NCBI GenBank assembly: GCA_963664325.2
Contig: CAXXDQ010000008.1
Span: forward strand, 192,001 to 256,000
DNA: 64,000 nt
Direction: 5' to 3'
From: Desulfomonilia bacterium
GTDB taxonomy: Bacteria; Desulfobacterota; Desulfomonilia; UBA1062
A program made the translations under genes and the position numbers. Shown piece after piece: positions 59,798-64,000 of the stretch (position 1 is its first letter; each line of letters begins with the position of its first letter). The notes under the pieces are model-generated. The model did not search any database, was not told the origin of the DNA, and saw only the letters and a list, made by a program, of their open reading frames with translations.

Positions 59798-61332
59798 TGA
59801 ATGGTTTAGTATCCGGGAAGTCCTACCGGTGGGTTGTCCTCGGTATAGTAATAATGGGGACATTCATGGCCATCCTGGATTCCAGCATTGTTAATGTCGC
59901 GCTTCCGCACATGATGAGCGCTTTCGGCGTCAATCGTGAACAGGTCCAGTGGGTATCCACATCTTACATGATTTCGCTTGCCGTCAGCATGACAACGGTA
60001 GGATGGACGGTCAGGCGGATCGGAAACAAGGTTTTCTACCTTGGCGCTCTTACCATATTCGTGTTCGGCTCAGCGGCCTGCGCTTTTGCGTGGAACTTTA
60101 ATTCCATGATCGTCTCCCGGGTAATACAGGCGGTCGGCGGCGGGGCGATTCAGCCGGTTGGAATGGCGATAATAGCAGAACTCTTCGAACCTCACGAGCG
60201 GGGCAAAGCGCTGGGCATATGGGGAACCGGCGTAATGCTGGGGCCTGCAATCGGTCCGACCCTGGGCGGGTATCTTTGCGACTGGTTCAACTGGCGTACG
60301 ATTTTCTCGATCAACCTGCCTTTCGGAATCATAACCGTAATGGCCGGGCTGATCATCTTTATAAATGACCATAAAAACAGAAAGGATGAAACACCTTTCG
60401 ATTTCAAGGGATTCCTTTTTCTGGCAATCGGGCTTATCGGCGCCCTGATCGCACTGGCAAACGGCGAAGAAAAGGGATGGACCTCGGATTATATTCTGAC
60501 CTGTTCTGCATTCGCCTTTGCCGGGATGACCCTTTTTATAGCAGCCGAGATGAACGCCTCCCATCCGATATTTGATCTGGGTCTTTTAAGGTACCGCAAT
60601 TATTCCCTGGCGCTGCTCCTTGGTATAACGCGTGCAGTGGGACTGTTCGGAGGGGTATTCCTTTTGCCCATATTTCTTGAGAATATAGCCGGGTACACTA
60701 CTATTCAAACAGGCCTTCTGATGATGCCCGGCGCCGTTGCCCTGGGCCTTGTAATGCCTTTCTTCGGGCATCTTTCCGACAGGTACGGACCGAGATGGCT
60801 TGTCACGATAGGCGTAATCGTAACGGGTGGCTCGCTCCTCTTCTACGGCAGGCTTGATCCCTCGATGACAAGATTCATGATAATTATGCCGCAGATCGTA
60901 AGGGCTCTGGGGCTCGGTCTCATGATGGCACCGCTCATGACTACGGCAATCAATTCGGTCCCCAAAAACCAGATAGCCACCGCATCGAGCTTTTTAAACA
61001 TCGCCCAGTCCGTGGGAGGGGCCTTCGGTATAGCCATACTCAATACATTCGTGACCAGGCTCATTCACTTTCACGCGGTACGCATCGGAGAGGCCGCCGG
61101 CACAATGCCGGAGATATATGCAAGGCTTTCCCAGAAAGCAGCTTCAGCCATCAGTCAGCAAGCCTCAGGTGTTGCTTCAAGCGGCAGCGCGCTTTCGAAT
61201 ATCAGCGGCCTTATATCGCTGAAAGCCAATGTTCTGGGCTTTGAAAACGGTTTTGTAATCGCCGGAATCATAGTGCTTGCCAGCATACCGCTCTCACTTG
61301 TGCTCAAAAACCAGAAGCCGAAAAAGAACTGA
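59797..61332 (+). CDS. EmrB/QacA DHA2 MFS efflux permease
   Basis: FMAILDSSIVNVALP, ERGKALG, GPAIGPTLGG, WRTIFSINLP. Confidence 0.92.
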   Translation: MNGLVSGKSYRWVVLGIVIMGTFMAILDSSIVNVALPHMMSAFGVNREQVQWVSTSYMISLAVSMTTVGWTVRRIGNKVFYLGALTIFVFGSAACAFAWNFNSMIVSRVIQAVGGGAIQPVGMAIIAELFEPHERGKALGIWGTGVMLGPAIGPTLGGYLCDWFNWRTIFSINLPFGIITVMAGLIIFINDHKNRKDETPFDFKGFLFLAIGLIGALIALANGEEKGWTSDYILTCSAFAFAGMTLFIAAEMNASHPIFDLGLLRYRNYSLALLLGITRAVGLFGGVFLLPIFLENIAGYTTIQTGLLMMPGAVALGLVMPFFGHLSDRYGPRWLVTIGVIVTGGSLLFYGRLDPSMTRFMIIMPQIVRALGLGLMMAPLMTTAINSVPKNQIATASSFLNIAQSVGGAFGIAILNTFVTRLIHFHAVRIGEAAGTMPEIYARLSQKAASAISQQASGVASSGSALSNISGLISLKANVLGFENGFVIAGIIVLASIPLSLVLKNQKPKKN

Positions 61333-61371
61333 TCTCGTCTGTTAAAGCAGATCGGCTTCTATCAGCAAATA

Positions 61372-62613
61372 CTAAGTCCTGCTTGTTTTTAAAGCGGATT
61401 TCTTGAGCGCCATATATCCCAGGGCGGCGGACAGTATGCACATAATCAGATAAAGCCCGAACGCGATGTTGTAATTCCCGGTCTTGTCAAATATGTAACC
61501 GGAAAGCGGCATGCCGAGGCCTGAGCCGAGCGTCTGGAAAATCGCCATAACACCGTAGATCGTCGAGAAATGCTTGAGTCCTGCGCATGAAGCCGTCATA
61601 AGAGGCGGCATCACGGTCTGGACGGCATTGCCGATGCCGTAGATAATGCCCCATATGATGGCGACCCAGACAAGTTTTGAACCGAACAGCAGCGCGATAC
61701 CGACGCCGAGTATTCCGCAGAAAATTACAAGACCTGCAGACAGGCCGCTCTTGTCGCTGATTTTACCGAGGCTGAGCTTTCCTACAACCGTCATGCCGAG
61801 ATACAGCGCCATTATGTTGGCCGCAAAAGTAGATGAATGGCCGACATCCGTAAGATAGGGTATCAGGTGCTGCTGGATGCCGACATTAAGGGTGTTGAGG
61901 AAAAAGATCATCAGCGCAAGAAGTATGAAAGAGAAGGTTTTTACGAACTGGCCAAGGGTAAGACCTTCGGCGGCTTCGGCTATATCCTGAGCCGTTTCAG
62001 GCGTACCGTCAGGGGTCTGGCCCATCTCTTCCGGAGTTTTCCGCATAATGAGCGTTGCTGTTGGGACTGAAATAAGGAATATCACCACTCCGAGAATTAT
62101 GGCCGTGTTTCTCCATCCGTAATTTATAATCAGCCAGTTGCCGATCGGATTTGAGATCATGCCGCCAATGCCGGTTGCGGAAAAGACAATTCCCATTGCA
62201 ATTCCTCGTTTTACCCTGAACCAGTTGTTTATCATGGTCGATACGGGAATTATATGGCTGCCGGCATGGCCTATGCCTATGAAAACCGCAAGGATGTAGA
62301 AGTTTGAAAGGGTATTGCACTTGGACAACAGCGAGAATGTTATTCCGAGCAGGGCCGTGCAGAAACCCATCACCACCCTGACATCGAAGCGCTCCATCAG
62401 CTTGCCTACGATTGGTGCGGCAAAGGTCATGGAAAGGGCGGCTATTGTAAAGTACAAAGAAAAATCGCCTCTCTTGAACCCGAGTTCTTCAACGACTGGC
62501 TTGAAAAAGATACCAAGTGCGTTGAAGGCAATGCCGATGCCTATGAAATTTAATATGAATCCGCCTGTTACTATCCACCAGCCGTAAAACTTTTTATCCT
62601 GAGAATCCTGCAT
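61372..62613 (-). CDS. MFS transporter (MCT/OFA-like)
   Basis: FYGWWIV, NWF..KRG.AMG, G.ISDK, GYIFDKTG.Y. Confidence 0.88.
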   Translation of the reverse strand: MQDSQDKKFYGWWIVTGGFILNFIGIGIAFNALGIFFKPVVEELGFKRGDFSLYFTIAALSMTFAAPIVGKLMERFDVRVVMGFCTALLGITFSLLSKCNTLSNFYILAVFIGIGHAGSHIIPVSTMINNWFRVKRGIAMGIVFSATGIGGMISNPIGNWLIINYGWRNTAIILGVVIFLISVPTATLIMRKTPEEMGQTPDGTPETAQDIAEAAEGLTLGQFVKTFSFILLALMIFFLNTLNVGIQQHLIPYLTDVGHSSTFAANIMALYLGMTVVGKLSLGKISDKSGLSAGLVIFCGILGVGIALLFGSKLVWVAIIWGIIYGIGNAVQTVMPPLMTASCAGLKHFSTIYGVMAIFQTLGSGLGMPLSGYIFDKTGNYNIAFGLYLIMCILSAALGYMALKKSALKTSRT

Positions 62614-62784
62614 GAAGCCTCCTTTGCCCAAAACAGTAGTTAGTGGTTGAATATAATTTATCTATATGTTTCCGTCGACAGGCCGATCCGGCTTTTCACC
62701 GGTTATTCAAACTGCTTCAGCATTTAAGAATGTAATAACAGAAACCGATTGTACAATAAAATATTTTTAAGGGAGAGATCATAT

Positions 62785-63918
62785 ATGAAAAAGTTATCGT
62801 TCGTTGTATCGGCTGTCTTCATGTTAATATTAATAATTGGATTTGCGCCGATTGCAAATGCATGCAGCGATATTTTTATCAACCACCCGAACGCCCATAT
62901 AGAGGCAAGATCCATGGACTTCGGCATGAACATCGCTATGGGCGACACATTCGGATTTATAGGGCAGAAGAATACGACGGATGTTATCATAGATGCAGAC
63001 AGGATTCCCGCAGGAAGTCTTACCAGCTGGACAAACAAATACGGATACTGGGGCAGGAATGCATTCAACACCCCCAAGATCGATGACGCCATGAACACTG
63101 AAGGGCTTTCTTTGTCGGGTCTCTATCTTGACCAGTATACGCAGTATGCGGCATACGACCCCAATGACAGGCGGCCTGTCATCGGAGTGTTCGATCTGCC
63201 CAACTTCATAATCAGCCAGGCGAAGAACGTGGACGAGGCTGTGGCCCTGACCAGAAGCAGGCAGATCGTCCAATCGGCTGTTGAGATCAAACCGGGGATA
63301 TTCCTGAGAAGCACGCCGCTTCACCTTGTTTTGAGGGATAAATCAGGAAAATCCGCAGTAGTGGAATTTGTAGGCGGCAAGACACTTATCTATGAAAATG
63401 CCGGGAACGTGATGACCAACAGCCCGACATATCCTCAGCAGCTTGAAATGGTCAGGAAATATGAAGACCTGAATGTTGACAAGGACAATTCTCTCACAGG
63501 GATGCCGGGCGGATTCGATTCGCCGGAGCGTTTTGCCCGCGGGTATATACTGACCAGGAATCTGCCCGTACCGGCATCCACACAGGAAGCTCTCTATCAG
63601 GCGGACTTTGTGATATCCTCGTGCTCGGTTCCCTATTTCGGCAGGCCCGGTTCGGGGTACAGAAGCAATACGATCTGGAAGGTCTTGAAGGACCTGGACA
63701 ACGGTGTCGTATATACCGACAATGCCGTATATTACCAGGGCGGAAGCAAGATAGCGCCGACCCATGTAGCCAACGGAGGATATTTTATCATCGATCTCAA
63801 AACCATTGATTTCACGAAGATACCTGTCGAATTTGCAGGATGGACCATTCAGCCCACGCCTAAGAAAAATATTGTAAAGATAATTAGGGCAAACGAGATC
63901 CCGGAGTTCGGCGAATAA
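62785..63918 (+). CDS. Exported linear amide C-N hydrolase (penicillin V acylase/choloylglycine hydrolase family)
   Basis: Signal peptide ending ANA|C-S-D; ARSMDF, MN.EGLS, VMTNSP, MPG...SPERF.R. Confidence 0.9.
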   Translation: MKKLSFVVSAVFMLILIIGFAPIANACSDIFINHPNAHIEARSMDFGMNIAMGDTFGFIGQKNTTDVIIDADRIPAGSLTSWTNKYGYWGRNAFNTPKIDDAMNTEGLSLSGLYLDQYTQYAAYDPNDRRPVIGVFDLPNFIISQAKNVDEAVALTRSRQIVQSAVEIKPGIFLRSTPLHLVLRDKSGKSAVVEFVGGKTLIYENAGNVMTNSPTYPQQLEMVRKYEDLNVDKDNSLTGMPGGFDSPERFARGYILTRNLPVPASTQEALYQADFVISSCSVPYFGRPGSGYRSNTIWKVLKDLDNGVVYTDNAVYYQGGSKIAPTHVANGGYFIIDLKTIDFTKIPVEFAGWTIQPTPKKNIVKIIRANEIPEFGE

Positions 63919-63948
63919 CAGTAATAAGAAAATGTCCGGTGGCAAGAT

Positions 63949-64000
63949 ATGATGAAAATGACGGATCTCGGTTTTGACAATTGGTTTGAAGCTCATGCTG
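63949..64000 (+). CDS. Start of next gene, possibly an RsgA-type GTPase (edge-truncated)
   Basis: MMKMTDLGFDNWFEAHA; only 17 codons are visible. Confidence 0.3.
   Translation, partial: MMKMTDLGFDNWFEAHA

Overview
Gene-dense, moderate-GC bacterial DNA, most consistent with an anaerobic deltaproteobacterium (Desulfobacterota-like; inferred from gene content). No rRNA, intact tRNA, CRISPR array or transposase was seen. (1) 1-17.6 kb is a nitrogen-assimilation island. It has a split, archaeal-style glutamate synthase operon with a degenerate second barrel subunit and an FAD/Fe-S partner, and a PEP-synthase-like protein with a KaiC/RecA-like N-terminus. It also has amtB-glnK-asnB-Ldh2 and a divergent archaeal-type asparagine synthetase. 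Three sigma-54 promoters and a shared TGAAACAATAWTGTG operator-like motif link these units. (2) 17.9-30.4 kb holds a lipoprotein, mtgA, two 7TM hybrid kinases, a VIT/vWA-ECF-anti-sigma module, LysE and a ferritin-like gene. Five single-base frameshifts cluster at 16.8-29.5 kb and are probably assembly errors. (3) 30.9-44.3 kb holds a B12 radical SAM enzyme with an unknown partner and an operon of BtrR/StsC-like aminotransferase, Gfo/Idh/MocA dehydrogenase, BadF-type kinase and GH4 hydrolase. GH31, a thioesterase and two ceramidase-like lipoproteins follow. (4) 44.4-64 kb is rich in exported hydrolases and efflux/MFS transporters. The best candidates for undescribed systems are the aminocyclitol/aminosugar operon and the sigma-54 GOGAT/asparagine module. 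All family assignments come from motif recognition, not database searches.
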